Source: Acaryochloris marina S15 (GTDB taxonomy: Bacteria > Cyanobacteriota > Cyanobacteriia > Thermosynechococcales > Thermosynechococcaceae). From it: 32,000 nucleotides of DNA. The stretch lies in NCBI RefSeq assembly GCF_018336915.1, contig NZ_CP064923.1, positions 720,001-752,000 of the forward strand, given 5' to 3'. The position numbers and the translations under genes were made by a program. Under the pieces are notes generated by a model that saw only the letters and a program-made list of their open reading frames with translations, was not told the origin of the DNA and ran no database searches. The first letter of the stretch is position 1, and each line of letters begins with the position of its first letter. Below, one piece after another: positions 1 to 11,435 of the stretch.

Positions 1-273
1 AGACGTTTGAGACGGTGCGGATTCGTCAAATTTCCCATTGGCTGTCATCGCTCCCCATACCTGTCTAATCAATTCGATGCGGGCCAGTTTACGCATCAGA
101 AATAACTTGGGGTTGTAGACCAAACAGGTTATGGATCGAGACACATAGCAAAATAGTTTATCTAGAAACAGTCGATAGACCCTTGGTCGCACGACTTGCC
201 TCAAAGCAGTGGCAACCATAGATAGGAATGAAACCTTGAATAGTGAAGAAACAGGATGCCAAAGGGGTTCTCA

Positions 274-303
274 CAAAAAATTTCTCCTGAATTTCAGGAG
301 AAA
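274..303 (-). terminator. Rho-independent terminator (reads on minus strand)
   Basis: 9-bp stem TTTCTCCTG (281-289) / CAGGAGAAA (295-303) with a 5-nt loop. On the minus strand the hairpin is followed by TTTTTT (plus-strand A-run 275-280). Confidence 0.6.
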
Positions 304-450
304 GCAAAATATTTTGCTAGGGAAGAAATACAAACCTAGCATGTCATTCTAAAAATTCAAGGCTTTGGACAATATTTTATTTTTTGAAATTAAATATTGA
401 GCGCTCTCACTCGATGAGATTTATTTCCCTGCACCCTCAATAATTTCAGA

Positions 451-474
451 CAAAAAAATAACCCCAGTGGGGCT
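451..474 (-). terminator. Weak candidate terminator downstream of the permease gene
   Basis: Minus strand reads AGCCCC-ACT-GGGGTT followed by ATTTTTTTG, 129 nt after the stop at 603. The stem is short (4 GC pairs plus 2 weak pairs) and the loop is 3 nt. Confidence 0.3.
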
Positions 475-602
475 ATTGGTGTAAGGAGTGGTACAAGACG
501 CAATTTGCGCTTATCTAAGTTGATTTCATTAAAACGTAAAGGGGTGAAGATGTTGTGAAGTCAGGGACTTAAAGCTTGCTTAACCCAGAGATTGCAAAAT
601 AT

Positions 603-2297
603 TTAGATCGACTTCAAGTGTTGCCGGAGATATTGGCTCAGCCAGTCAACACCCAAGCTGAGAAGGATAAAACAACCTAGCGTCCACAACACCCCTGAAC
701 TATCGAAACTACTCAGTTGTTCACTGAGTAAGCGTCCCAGACCTCCAGCGCCCACGAGCCCCACAATCACCGTTTCCCGCATGCCTACCTCCCAGCGGTA
801 GCAGGAATAGGCCAAAAAACGGGGCAGGGTCATGGGTAAAACGCCATAGAGGAAAACAGAGGGGCTAGAGGCTCCTTGGGCTTGCAGTGCTACCAAGGGC
901 TGCTGATCCAAATTTTCATTGACTTCGGCCATTAGACGTCCCAGAATGCCGAGATTATGGATGCCAAGTGCGATCGCACCCGGTAGCACTCCCGGAAATA
1001 CGATAAACAACATCACCAAAGCCCAAATAGGTGCGGGTACAGAGCGGCAGAGCAACAAAAATAGCCGAGTCATGCCTACGAGTAGCCGACCGATTACTTG
1101 GCGTAACGGACTTGCTTGTGAGGGAAGAAAGAGTCCGCCAGGCAGAAAAAAATTGGCAGCCGTTCCAAAGGACAACACCATGCCCCCGCAGCCGGCACCC
1201 AAAATGGCGATCAAAGCCATGCCCAGGGTTTGGAGCGAAGCATCAAAGGTTTCCAATAGGGGCAGGCTAGGTTGTAACGGCCATAATCCTACGAATATTT
1301 GCTGGCTATTGTGCCAAGTTTGGGGGGCAACTAAGGCATATAGATCAGGGTCAATATAAAACCAACTCCAAGCTACTGCCCCAACTAGGCCAACGACCAT
1401 CAGTATGCAGGAGAACAGGTTATTGGAGGCTGAACGTTCAGGATCGAGATGTTTATAATGCACCTGTTTATTCTTGAGCACATATTTTAGGTGCAAACTA
1501 ATCCGGTTTTGGCAGCCCAGCCGCTGGCGACACCGAGCACTGCTCCAATCAATCACGCCATTCAAAATGACTAAAGCATAGACAAAGGTCCATACTTGCT
1601 GGTATTGCAAGGACTGCAAACTCAAAAAGATTTCATGGCCCAACCCTCCAACCCCAATAATGCCTAAGGTTGCAGCTGACCGTAGGGAGCATTCAAAGCG
1701 ATAGAAACTATAGGACAGTAGATTCTTGCTGGCAGAGGGCAATAATCCATATAGGAAGGCATTAAAGGGACGTCCGCCACTTTGAAGGATAGCCTCAAAT
1801 GATTGACGGGGCGTATCGTCAAGAATGTCACCAAAGACTTTCGCTACGATAGCGCTAAAGGGAATGGTAATGGCTGCGATCGCAGTCAGCGGATCCAGTC
1901 CCCACAGATTAATTAGTAAGAGTCCCCACAACATTTCGTGAATGGCACGAGGGACTACCAGTAGGCTTCTTAAGCCCCGGCGTAAACTGGGAGCAATGTC
2001 TAAGACTTGCCCTCCCACGTCTGAAATGAGGATACTGCCGACAAAACCGAGGCAGATACTGAATACTGTGCCGCAAATGGCATAGGCCAACGTTGTTAGT
2101 AGTCCTTGCCAGGCGGTTTCCATCAACGTAGCTGTTAGATCAGGATGGAGGCTAGCTTGCCAAAACTCTAGAAACTGGGGCCAACCATTCAGGTTCCATA
2201 GTTGGCTCGTAAAGATAGCCAGCCCACTCCCAACCATGAGCAACAAACAAACACTAGGCAGCCATAGTCGTCTGAGGGCGATAGATTTTGAGGCCAT
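603..2297 (-). CDS. phnE: Tandem-fused PhnE-type (phosphonate-family) ABC transporter permease, 564 aa
   Basis: Two homologous halves each carry the PhnE-like cytoplasmic loop. The first is FEAILQSGGRPFNAFLYGLLPSA...YRFECSLRSAATLGIIGVGGLGHEI. The second is ALQAQGASSPSVFLYGVLPMTLPRF...YRWEVGMRETVIVGLVGAGGLGRLL. Multiple hydrophobic TM segments run throughout. Confidence 0.8.
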   Translation of the reverse strand: MASKSIALRRLWLPSVCLLLMVGSGLAIFTSQLWNLNGWPQFLEFWQASLHPDLTATLMETAWQGLLTTLAYAICGTVFSICLGFVGSILISDVGGQVLDIAPSLRRGLRSLLVVPRAIHEMLWGLLLINLWGLDPLTAIAAITIPFSAIVAKVFGDILDDTPRQSFEAILQSGGRPFNAFLYGLLPSASKNLLSYSFYRFECSLRSAATLGIIGVGGLGHEIFLSLQSLQYQQVWTFVYALVILNGVIDWSSARCRQRLGCQNRISLHLKYVLKNKQVHYKHLDPERSASNNLFSCILMVVGLVGAVAWSWFYIDPDLYALVAPQTWHNSQQIFVGLWPLQPSLPLLETFDASLQTLGMALIAILGAGCGGMVLSFGTAANFFLPGGLFLPSQASPLRQVIGRLLVGMTRLFLLLCRSVPAPIWALVMLFIVFPGVLPGAIALGIHNLGILGRLMAEVNENLDQQPLVALQAQGASSPSVFLYGVLPMTLPRFLAYSCYRWEVGMRETVIVGLVGAGGLGRLLSEQLSSFDSSGVLWTLGCFILLSLGVDWLSQYLRQHLKSI

Positions 2298-2745
2298 GCC
2301 ACCTCACTTATGCTTCAGAAGACTGATCTTGCCAAACCGTAATGGGGCGATGCAAGACAAGAATAGTTGGCTCAAAGACTGAATTCAGTTGGGAACAAGA
2401 TAAGACCACTGCTTCATGACAATCTCAAAAAAGAAGCCCTCGTGCTGATTTAAATCCGTTTTCAGGTCAGCAGTAGGGCCGTAGACGCAGTTAGGAGGTA
2501 TCTTGCCTTACAAGTTAGCGACACTATTCATTAAACGTAGATCTCTTAACGAAGTCTTCAGAGTTGATAGTGCGATAACCTCCATGTTTAATATACCTTC
2601 ACCCTTATTTATCTTCATCAGAGAATTGGGATTGGCAATTGCTAGAATCAGGTCATCCTGCCTTAGTGCCTGTTGATAGAAAGCGGCAGTATCTGCGTTT
2701 CTTCCCCATGAACCAACCTTTATACCCCTAACCACCCCTTACATC

Positions 2746-2961
2746 GTGAATCCTATTCTTCTGATTGCGGCTATCCTCGTTTCTTGGTTGGTCTTTACCT
2801 GGCTGTTACGGGTGGTTAAAACCACCCTCAAAACAGCCTTTTTGTTGGCTCTGATTGTTTTGGGCTTGCAGGTGGTCGTGGGGATTGGTCCCGATCAGGT
2901 TCTCCAAGCGGTTCTGGATCTTCCCAGAGTGATTCAAGAGCTACTGAGTGGTCAATCCTAA
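2746..2961 (+). CDS. Small hypothetical membrane protein (71 aa, GTG start)
   Basis: Two clear hydrophobic helices (ILLIAAILVSWLVFTWLL, AFLLALIVLGLQVVVGI). No recognisable family. The overlapping antisense ORF 2828..3031 looks less protein-like. Confidence 0.4.
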   Translation: MNPILLIAAILVSWLVFTWLLRVVKTTLKTAFLLALIVLGLQVVVGIGPDQVLQAVLDLPRVIQELLSGQS

Positions 2962-3182
2962 TGAGCCAAAACATACTCTGAGAGGGAAAACCTTTCCTAA
3001 TCAGGGTGGCTTCCAACTCATTCCTATTCACGAGAACTTTTTACACTGGAATTAATCGTGCACGTCTGTGGAGGCCAGCGATGAAGCAATTCAAAACGGC
3101 CAGTTTGTTGAGTTAACCAGTCCCCTTCTAACCGAGATCAAATCGAAGTGGTTTAGACCCTTTGCCACTCCGACGAGATGTC

Positions 3183-4466
<1,284 letters not shown>

Positions 4467-4660
4467 TTATGTTTCCAACAACCTACAAAATAATCTGGTG
4501 TGCTTGACCGTATCGTCAAGGCTATAGAATGCATCTGACTGTAACAGCGGCGTTGATGCAACGATTGTCTTCTTTAAGACATACTAGGTGCGATCGCGTC
4601 AGAATGTAACTACTGTGATGACCACCGCTCGAATTTACTAACTCTTACATAAATAGTCTT

Positions 4661-5056
4661 ATGAGAATTCTCCATACCATGCTTAGAGTGGCAAACCTTG
4701 ATGCTTCTCTAGCATTCTACTGTGATGTCCTGGGCATGAAGCTACTTCGCCGGAAAGATTACCCTAACGGAGAGTTTACCCTGGCCTTTGTGGGGTACGG
4801 AGATGAGGCAGATAATACGGTGTTGGAACTTACTTATAACTGGGGCGTATCTGAATACACCTTAGGAGATGCCTATGGCCATATTGCCATTGGTGTTGAT
4901 GACATCTACGGTGCCTGCAACGAAATCACGACTCGTGGCGGCAGTGTGACTAGAGAACCTGGCCCTATGAAACATGGCTCTACAGTGATTGCCTTTGTAG
5001 AGGATCCCGACCACTATAAAGTGGAGCTGATTCAACTCAATTCTCGATCTTCTTGA
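4661..5056 (+). CDS. gloA: Lactoylglutathione lyase (glyoxalase I)
   Basis: 131 aa. [47 protein letters not shown] and [11 protein letters not shown] are typical of the GloA/VOC fold. Confidence 0.93.
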   Translation: MRILHTMLRVANLDASLAFYCDVLGMKLLRRKDYPNGEFTLAFVGYGDEADNTVLELTYNWGVSEYTLGDAYGHIAIGVDDIYGACNEITTRGGSVTREPGPMKHGSTVIAFVEDPDHYKVELIQLNSRSS

Positions 5057-5564
5057 TGTTCTCGCTTCGATCAGTACATTTGCATAAGGGTTGAATTTTT
5101 TGAACGATGGGCTTTAATATCCTTTCGCAGCTTAGATATCGTCGTTTTCAGTATGCGAAAGTTGCAACCCTAGCGACTTTAAATATCTAATGGCTGGCTC
5201 TAAACCTAATGGGTAGATATCAGATTGGGGAAATGCTTGCTTGATTGCCAGAACTATCTCGATACCTGAGGATTAAGCACTTATCCTGAGACCAGATTTA
5301 GTGTGTTTAATTACCAGTTAAGCAGAGGAAATTGAAGTATATGCCAATACAGAAATCGACTACGATCCCTTGGCTTGCCCCTCTAAAGTAGAGTATCTTT
5401 CGTACATGAAGGAATGTATACAGTAAAGTTTATTTCAACTGTCAAAAACATTTCCCTCTAAAATAATGCGACGAAAAATTTTTCATCGTATTTGGTGTGA
5501 AGCATTACGTTATCGTGTTTGGTCTTTTTCTAGATCTAAACGCATGTGAGTGAGGAGTAAAACC

Positions 5565-7331
5565 ATGAAAAAAGTATATCTATTAGCTGGAAGCCTGAGT
5601 CTGCTCGGTCTTTCTGCCCTACCTGCAAAGGCTGTCAGCACCAGCGAACAGCTTCCTGTAGAAGCCCAATCTGTTGAAGTAGCACCTGTTGCTGCGCAAG
5701 ATGAATTGTTGCTTGCTGATCAGTCTCTCAGCGAAACAGTTTCTGTTAACGACTTGATGTCCGAGACTAAAGAAGACTCTGTGGGTCAGGTGACTTCAGT
5801 TTCTCAGCTATCTGATGTTCAGCCTGATGACTGGGCTTTCCAAGCGATTCAATCTTTGGTTGAGCGCTATGGTTGCGTCGCCGGTTACCCTAATGGCACA
5901 TTCCGCCCCAGCCGAGCCATGTCTCGTCGTGAAGCCGCTGCTTTGGTTAACGCTTGTTTAGATAACCTCAGCAACCGCTTCGCCACTAAAGAAGATTTAG
6001 ATGCCCTCAAGGCTCTACAAGATGAATTTGCTGCTGAACTCGCCACCCTTAGAGGGCGTGTTGACGGTTTAGAAGCTCGCGTTGCTACTGTTGAAGCCCA
6101 GCAGTTCTCTACCACCACCAAACTACAAGGTGAAGTGGTCATGGCTGCCCAGTTTGGCGACTTCGTCAACAACCCAACAGATACTGTTGTTGATCCTGCA
6201 AATGGCGTAATCAACGCAGGCGGACCTGATAGCCGCGTTTCTGCAATTTCCCGAGTACGCTTGAACTTCAACACTAGCTTCTCTGGAGATGACTTATTAG
6301 CCACCCAATTAGAAGTTGGCAATAATGGTCAAGATTTCTTCGGTAACGCTTTGGGTGCTCAAGATCCTGGTCCCGGCTTGGGAACTTTGACAGGTTCTGG
6401 TGTACCTCTAGTTGATTTGGGTGCTGCTGACTATGCAGGTGTAGGTAATACCGTCACATTGCGTCGTTTAGCTTACACCTTCAAGCCCGGCGAAAACTTA
6501 GCTGTTACCGTTGGTACCAACATCTTCCCTAGCGATTTTGTTGACTTCAACAGCTACGCCAACAACTCCGCTCAAGACTTCAGCTCTGGCTTCTTCATCA
6601 ACAACCCCTTAATCATCACCAACGCAGTTGATCTAAACGGTGGTGCGGGTGCAGCCTTTGATTGGAATCCTAATGCTGGTTCAATCAGTGTTCGTGGTGT
6701 GTATGTTGCCGCTGCTGGTAACGTCGCAACTTCTGCCGCCAATGGTGGTTTAGGTGGCGATCCTCACCAAGGAACTGTTGAACTTGAATATGCCAACACC
6801 TTTGGTGCAGACGATCAAAACAACTTTGCAATTCGTTTGCAAGGTACCTACGCTGAGACTTTCAACATCGAACAGAAAGTTTTAGGTGTCAATGCTGAAG
6901 CTTCTTTCGGTAATATCGGCGTCTTTGGTCGCTACGGTATCTCCTTTGATCCCAGCAACCAGACCGTGAACCCCAGTGTTGATGTGTTTGGTGCTGCTCC
7001 TGCTATTGCACCCACAATTGGGACCGCAGGTGGTTCTAACACCATTCAGACTTGGATGGCTGGCGTTGGCTATAAGGATGCCCTCGTTCCTGGCTCCTTG
7101 TTTGCAGTTGCTGCTGGTATGCCTTACTTGGTTACCGGTACTCCTGGATCCAATGACCAGATCAACTTGGAAGCCTTCTACCGGTTCCCAGTTAATGACA
7201 ACATCACCATTACTCCTGCTGTGATGTACATCATTAATCCTTTGGGTACTGTCAATGGCCTCTCCGCTGCAGGTGCTGGCAACGATAACGACATCATCCA
7301 AGGTTTAATCCGAGCAACCTTCTCGTTCTAA
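5565..7331 (+). CDS. Outer-membrane porin with N-terminal SLH domain and OprB-like beta-barrel
   Basis: Signal peptide MKKVYLLAGSLSLLGLSALPAKA. SLH-type motif DVQPDDWAFQAIQSLVERYGCVAGYPNGTFRP. A coiled-coil stretch is followed by a long G/N/A/T-rich barrel-like region ending ...RATFSF. I moved the start from GTG 5550 to ATG 5565, which is preceded by GAGGAG (5552-5557). Confidence 0.9.
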   Translation: MKKVYLLAGSLSLLGLSALPAKAVSTSEQLPVEAQSVEVAPVAAQDELLLADQSLSETVSVNDLMSETKEDSVGQVTSVSQLSDVQPDDWAFQAIQSLVERYGCVAGYPNGTFRPSRAMSRREAAALVNACLDNLSNRFATKEDLDALKALQDEFAAELATLRGRVDGLEARVATVEAQQFSTTTKLQGEVVMAAQFGDFVNNPTDTVVDPANGVINAGGPDSRVSAISRVRLNFNTSFSGDDLLATQLEVGNNGQDFFGNALGAQDPGPGLGTLTGSGVPLVDLGAADYAGVGNTVTLRRLAYTFKPGENLAVTVGTNIFPSDFVDFNSYANNSAQDFSSGFFINNPLIITNAVDLNGGAGAAFDWNPNAGSISVRGVYVAAAGNVATSAANGGLGGDPHQGTVELEYANTFGADDQNNFAIRLQGTYAETFNIEQKVLGVNAEASFGNIGVFGRYGISFDPSNQTVNPSVDVFGAAPAIAPTIGTAGGSNTIQTWMAGVGYKDALVPGSLFAVAAGMPYLVTGTPGSNDQINLEAFYRFPVNDNITITPAVMYIINPLGTVNGLSAAGAGNDNDIIQGLIRATFSF

Positions 7332-7364
7332 ACCCTTCGTTAGACATAAGCCTTTTCTAGGCTG

Positions 7365-7410
7365 AAATAAGGCAGTGTGTTATGCACACTGCCTTATTTC
7401 TTGTCTTTTT
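7365..7410 (+). terminator. Rho-independent terminator of the porin gene
   Basis: Perfect 15-bp stem AAATAAGGCAGTGTG (7365-7379) / CACACTGCCTTATTT (7385-7399) with a 5-nt loop, followed by CTTGTCTTTTT. Confidence 0.85.
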
Positions 7411-7458
7411 ATCTGTGATGAATATAGGGGACTTCTGCGGAGTGTCCTATCTGACCTG

Positions 7459-8514
7459 TTAGCTCGAGGCTTGGTCTATCATTTGCGCTGCCCTTAATTG
7501 ACCACAGGCAGCATCTTTGTCTAAACCGCGGGATCGTCGAATACTGGCCGTAATATGTTGGCTTTGTAAGCTGTTCAGAAACTGTTGAAGTTGCTGTTGG
7601 GTTGGGCGTTGATAGTCAACTTCAGAGATAGGGTTGTAAGGGATTAAGTTCACATGGCTTTGAAAGCCTCGTAAATGATCGGCTAACTCTAGGGCATGCT
7701 CAGTTTGGTCGTTCACACCTGCTAATACGATGTACTCAAAGGTGACACGGCGCCCGGTCTGGGTAACGTAAGTACGACAATCTTTCAGAAGCTTCTCCAG
7801 GGGATAATGCTTTGCACTTGGAACAAGCTGTGTGCGAACTCTCTGATTGGAAGCATGTAAGCTCACCGCTAAAGTAATCTGAAGCTGTTGCTGACCCAGT
7901 TTGAGAATTTGCTTCGGAATGCCGACGGTGGAAACCGTTAGGGATCGTTGACCAATCCCCACATCTTGATTGAGGGATCGTACGGCTGCGAGCACTTGGT
8001 CTAGATTAAGCAGCGGTTCCCCCATACCCATAAACACAACATTGCCAACCCGCTGTTGAAAATCTTCCTGGACGGTTAAGACTTGATCAACGATTTCATG
8101 ACAGGCGAGGTTGCGTTGATATTGACCTTTGCCAGTGGCACAAAAGTCGCAGCCCATAGGACAGCCGACTTGGGAGGAAACACATACTGTTAGGCGTTTT
8201 TGGGTGGGGATGCCAACCGTTTCAATAATCTGTCCATCTGCGAGTTTGAGTAAATACTTAACGGTTCCGTCTTGTGCTGCAGAGCGATGATGAATCTGAG
8301 ATCGACCCACCGGTATATCTGCAATTTCAGTCCGCCATTGTTTCGGTAGAACAGTGATTTCGCTGAGGGAGTGTACACCTTTCTGGTAAATCCATTGATG
8401 TACTTGTTGACCTCGGTAGGCTGGCTGCTGATAGGTTTGAGCCCAATCGGTTAACTGCGCTTTAGAAGCACCTAGAAGGGGTGGAATAGATTCTACAGAA
8501 AGTTGATCAAGCAT
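7459..8514 (-). CDS. rlmN: 23S rRNA/tRNA adenine-C2 methyltransferase RlmN (radical SAM)
   Basis: 351 aa. Radical-SAM cluster motif [19 protein letters not shown], and C-terminal ...DKDAACGQL containing the second catalytic Cys region. Confidence 0.94.
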   Translation of the reverse strand: MLDQLSVESIPPLLGASKAQLTDWAQTYQQPAYRGQQVHQWIYQKGVHSLSEITVLPKQWRTEIADIPVGRSQIHHRSAAQDGTVKYLLKLADGQIIETVGIPTQKRLTVCVSSQVGCPMGCDFCATGKGQYQRNLACHEIVDQVLTVQEDFQQRVGNVVFMGMGEPLLNLDQVLAAVRSLNQDVGIGQRSLTVSTVGIPKQILKLGQQQLQITLAVSLHASNQRVRTQLVPSAKHYPLEKLLKDCRTYVTQTGRRVTFEYIVLAGVNDQTEHALELADHLRGFQSHVNLIPYNPISEVDYQRPTQQQLQQFLNSLQSQHITASIRRSRGLDKDAACGQLRAAQMIDQASS

Positions 8515-8684
8515 GATGGTTATTGAAGGTCTGAGATAAAACGGTGAGAAATGCCCAGTTAGGGTGGCACTAGCAGGAGTTGGAAGAATGGAAAATATAA
8601 TATAAAGCTTGATGTGTTACCCTTCAAAAGCTTATACTGAAAAGTCTGACAAATTTCACGTAATAAAAACTAAGAGGAAGTGAT

Positions 8685-9293
8685 ATGTCGCGATATCGAG
8701 GCCCTCGCCTCAGAGTAGTGCGTCGTTTAGGAGAATTACCGGGTTTATCCCGTAAGACTCCTCGTCGGGCCTATCCCCCTGGGCAACATGGCCAAGCACG
8801 CAAGAAGCGTTCTGAATATGCAACCCAGCTTGAAGAAAAGCAAAAATTACGATTTAATTATGGCCTTTCTGAACGGCAGTTATTGCGTTATGTGCGCAAG
8901 GCTCGTCGTGCCGGAGGTTCTACAGGTCAAACCCTGTTGCAATTGCTGGAAATGCGCTTAGATAACACGATCTTTCGCTTAGGGATGGCACCGACTATTC
9001 CTGCGGCTAGACAGTTGGTGAATCATGGTCATTTGTTGGTGAATGGCCGGGTGGTTTCGATTGCCAGTTATCAGTGTCGTCCAGGTGATGTCATTCAGGC
9101 CCGAGATCGAGATGCTTCCCGGAAGTTGATTGAAACCCATATGCAATTCCCAGGCTTAGCCAATATCCCGACTCACCTAGACTTTGATAAAAATACTTTG
9201 ACCGGTAAAGTCAATGGCGTCATTGAGCGAGAGTGGATTGCGCTAGAAATTAACGAACTACTTGTGGTGGAATATTACTCGCGGAAAGGCTAA
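8685..9293 (+). CDS. rpsD: 30S ribosomal protein S4
   Basis: 202 aa. [16 protein letters not shown]..., and an S4 RNA-binding domain [33 protein letters not shown]. Confidence 0.97.
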   Translation: MSRYRGPRLRVVRRLGELPGLSRKTPRRAYPPGQHGQARKKRSEYATQLEEKQKLRFNYGLSERQLLRYVRKARRAGGSTGQTLLQLLEMRLDNTIFRLGMAPTIPAARQLVNHGHLLVNGRVVSIASYQCRPGDVIQARDRDASRKLIETHMQFPGLANIPTHLDFDKNTLTGKVNGVIEREWIALEINELLVVEYYSRKG

Positions 9294-9342
9294 CTCGCGG
9301 CAACCTTCCCAGTTTTTCTACTGTGGCAATAATTTACGAATT

Positions 9343-9376
9343 AACTCCCAAATCCGTCAGTTTGGGAGTTTTTTTT
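9343..9376 (+). terminator. Rho-independent terminator of rpsD, overlapping the 3' end of convergent ispD
   Basis: 10-bp stem AACTCCCAAA (9343-9352) / TTTGGGAGTT (9361-9370) with an 8-nt loop, then TTTTTT (9371-9376). The ispD stop codon (9357-9359) lies in the loop. Confidence 0.8.
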
Positions 9377-10055
9377 GTAGGCGTTTTTCAAGGATCAGCT
9401 CTGCGATCGCAAGATCGGCTGGTGTAGTCACTTTTAAGTTGGTCTCTTCTCCCAAAACGATATGGACAGGGAGAGCTAACTTCTCAAACAAAGCTGCATC
9501 GTCCGTGACTTCCCATCCTTGCTGCCGACCTTGTTCATGGCACTGTTTGAGAGGGGCCACTTGAAACCCTTGAGGGGTTTGGGCTGCCCACAATTGGGAT
9601 CGATCAGGGGTATCTAGAATTTGATGCGTAGCATCCACCACTTTAATGGTGTCCTTGACAGGGACAGCGGCAACAAAGCCTTGATATTTTTGGAGGGATT
9701 GAGAGCAACGGTCGAGCAACTCTGGTGTGGCCAGGCAACGGGCACCATCGTGGATGAGCACCTGCTCTGCTTCAGGAGGGAGTGCCTGGAGACCGTTATA
9801 GACTGATTCTTGACGAGTCTTGCCGCCTTCAATAAATACAGTGGGTTTACTCAACTGCAGGGACTGTAAAAGTTCTGTCCAGGTCGGTTCATCGTCTAAT
9901 TGACCGACAATGCCAATCCAGGTAATGGAAGAGGCAGACTCAGCAGCAAGCAGTGTCCAAGCTAACAGGGGCTTACCCAGCAACATCAACCGCAACTTAT
10001 TGCGATCGCTGCCCATGCGCCGTCCCATGCCTGCTGCTGGAATTAGTAAATGCAT
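9357..10055 (-). CDS. ispD: 2-C-methyl-D-erythritol 4-phosphate cytidylyltransferase
   Basis: 232 aa. N-terminal LLIPAAGMGRRMGSDRNKL nucleotide-binding motif and overall IspD-like length and order. Confidence 0.9.
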   Translation of the reverse strand: MHLLIPAAGMGRRMGSDRNKLRLMLLGKPLLAWTLLAAESASSITWIGIVGQLDDEPTWTELLQSLQLSKPTVFIEGGKTRQESVYNGLQALPPEAEQVLIHDGARCLATPELLDRCSQSLQKYQGFVAAVPVKDTIKVVDATHQILDTPDRSQLWAAQTPQGFQVAPLKQCHEQGRQQGWEVTDDAALFEKLALPVHIVLGEETNLKVTTPADLAIAELILEKRLQKKLPN

Positions 10056-10216
10056 TGATAACCATAAACTGCCACCGTCCCCTATCCTATCTTGACCTGA
10101 GACTGTAATTTAGAAGACTTATTGAGTTCTAAGGCGGATTGATTACAAGCGTTGAGCATTCCCCTACAATGGGTGGCGGTAAACGTAGACTTCATCCATT
10201 ACGGCTGTTCTAAATA

Positions 10217-11251
10217 ATGACCCGCGTATTAGCATTAATTCCTGGCGATGTTGGTCGGCAACTATTGTTCTTCCCAACCTTAGAAACGCTTCACCGCCAT
10301 TATTCTCAGGTTGAGATTGATGTCATTGTAGAACCTCGAGCCAAGCAGGCTTTTCGGCTCTGTCGAACGGTTGATAATGTCTTGACCTTTCAGTTTGAGA
10401 ATCGGAATGGAGCCGCCGATTGGGGTAATCTAATCGGACAAATGCGTGACCGTCGCTATGATGCCAGCATTACCATCAGTCGCGAGTGGACTGCGGGACT
10501 GCTCTGTTGGTTAGTCGGTATTCCCCAGCGAGTTGGCTATGAAAATCTGGGGCTGCCTGCTTGGGTCCGATTTGCACGGAAACGGTTTCCCACTCTTGGT
10601 GGAACCGTGGCCGATCTATCCGGTGCCTGTTTAACCGCCGCTGTCCCCCCGAATGCCCGTCCTTATGATGCCCAACGCTATCATGACTTGCTGTTGGGGT
10701 TAGGGATTGATACGCCTTGTCCAGACATCTCGATTCAGATCCCCCTAGACGATCAGAATTGGGCAAAAGCTGAGCAAGAACGATTGGGCATTGCTGGGAA
10801 ATCTTACATTACCCTCCATGGTGGGACTGGAGCTGAGAACTCTGATGATGAACCCTCTCAGTTTTATCCTATTCGGAGTTGGGAATCTGTTATTGGAGGT
10901 TACTTAGAACGGCAACCGGATACGCCTTTAATTGTGGTGCAAACGGCCGAAAATAAAGATTGGGTTGCTTCCCTGGTTGCCGTCTGTCCTCAACTTCAGA
11001 TTGTGACTCCTCAGCATGTGGGTCAACTGGCTGCCTTTATCGATGCAGGGCATTTAATGATTTGTGCGGACCGGGCTCCCCTGCATTTAGGTGTTGCCGT
11101 CAAAACTCGCCTGGTTGCCCTATTTGGAACCCTAGAACCCACCCGGCATTTACCGGCAGCCACCCATTTTGCTGGCCTCAAGTCTTTAACGAGCAAAGTA
11201 GCAGATATTCCGCCGATTCAAGTTCTTGAAAAGGTTTGGGAAGTCAGCTAG
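10217..11251 (+). CDS. Glycosyltransferase family 9 (heptosyltransferase-like)
   Basis: 344 aa. N-terminal RVLALIPGDVGRQLLFFPTLETL and C-terminal LAAFIDAGHLMICADRAPLHLGVAV are typical of GT9 proteins. Confidence 0.8.
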   Translation: MTRVLALIPGDVGRQLLFFPTLETLHRHYSQVEIDVIVEPRAKQAFRLCRTVDNVLTFQFENRNGAADWGNLIGQMRDRRYDASITISREWTAGLLCWLVGIPQRVGYENLGLPAWVRFARKRFPTLGGTVADLSGACLTAAVPPNARPYDAQRYHDLLLGLGIDTPCPDISIQIPLDDQNWAKAEQERLGIAGKSYITLHGGTGAENSDDEPSQFYPIRSWESVIGGYLERQPDTPLIVVQTAENKDWVASLVAVCPQLQIVTPQHVGQLAAFIDAGHLMICADRAPLHLGVAVKTRLVALFGTLEPTRHLPAATHFAGLKSLTSKVADIPPIQVLEKVWEVS

Positions 11252-11282
11252 ACGCTGCATGAGCACGATTCAATTTTAAAAA

Positions 11283-11369
11283 CGGAGAGGGAGGGATTCG
11301 AACCCTCGTTAAAGTTACCCCTAAACAGCATTTCCAGTGCTGCGCCTTCAACCACTCGGCCACCTCTCC
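11283..11369 (-). tRNA. tRNA-Ser (anticodon GGA)
   Basis: Minus strand reads GGAGAGGTGGCCGAGTGGTTGAAGGCGCAGCACTGGAAATGCTG...long variable arm...GGGTTCGAATCCCTCCCTCTCCG. The acceptor stem pairs and the anticodon loop is CT-GGA-AA. CCA is not encoded. Confidence 0.95.
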
Positions 11370-11435
11370 AGGTGGATTAGTTTTATCCAGTACAAGTAAG
11401 CTATGTTAACAGAATCTGAACCCGGATGAAACGGT

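Noticed and set aside
1-96. Minus-strand ATG at 96 opening a 32-codon frame (MRKLARIELIRQVWGAMTANGKF...) that runs off the left edge
   Set aside because: An open stretch of 32 codons is easily a chance event. There is no RBS or recognisable motif, so it cannot be supported from this window.
919-1359. Plus-strand ORFs 919..1359 and 1031..1270 inside the permease gene
   Set aside because: They are antisense shadows of a strongly supported minus-strand membrane-protein gene. The translations are Arg/Pro/Lys-rich and not protein-like.
2508-2735. 75-aa minus-strand ORF upstream of the permease, a possible remnant of a substrate-binding protein
   Set aside because: I cannot match it to a family from memory. 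It is too short to be a functional binding protein, and it is not clearly coupled to the permease, with a 210-nt gap. I left it unannotated and mention it only as something to test.
5885-7301. ORFs 5885..6322(-), 6882..7301(-) and 6976..7224(+) inside the porin gene
   Set aside because: They are embedded in a full-length porin CDS that has a signal peptide, an SLH motif and a terminator. They have no independent support.
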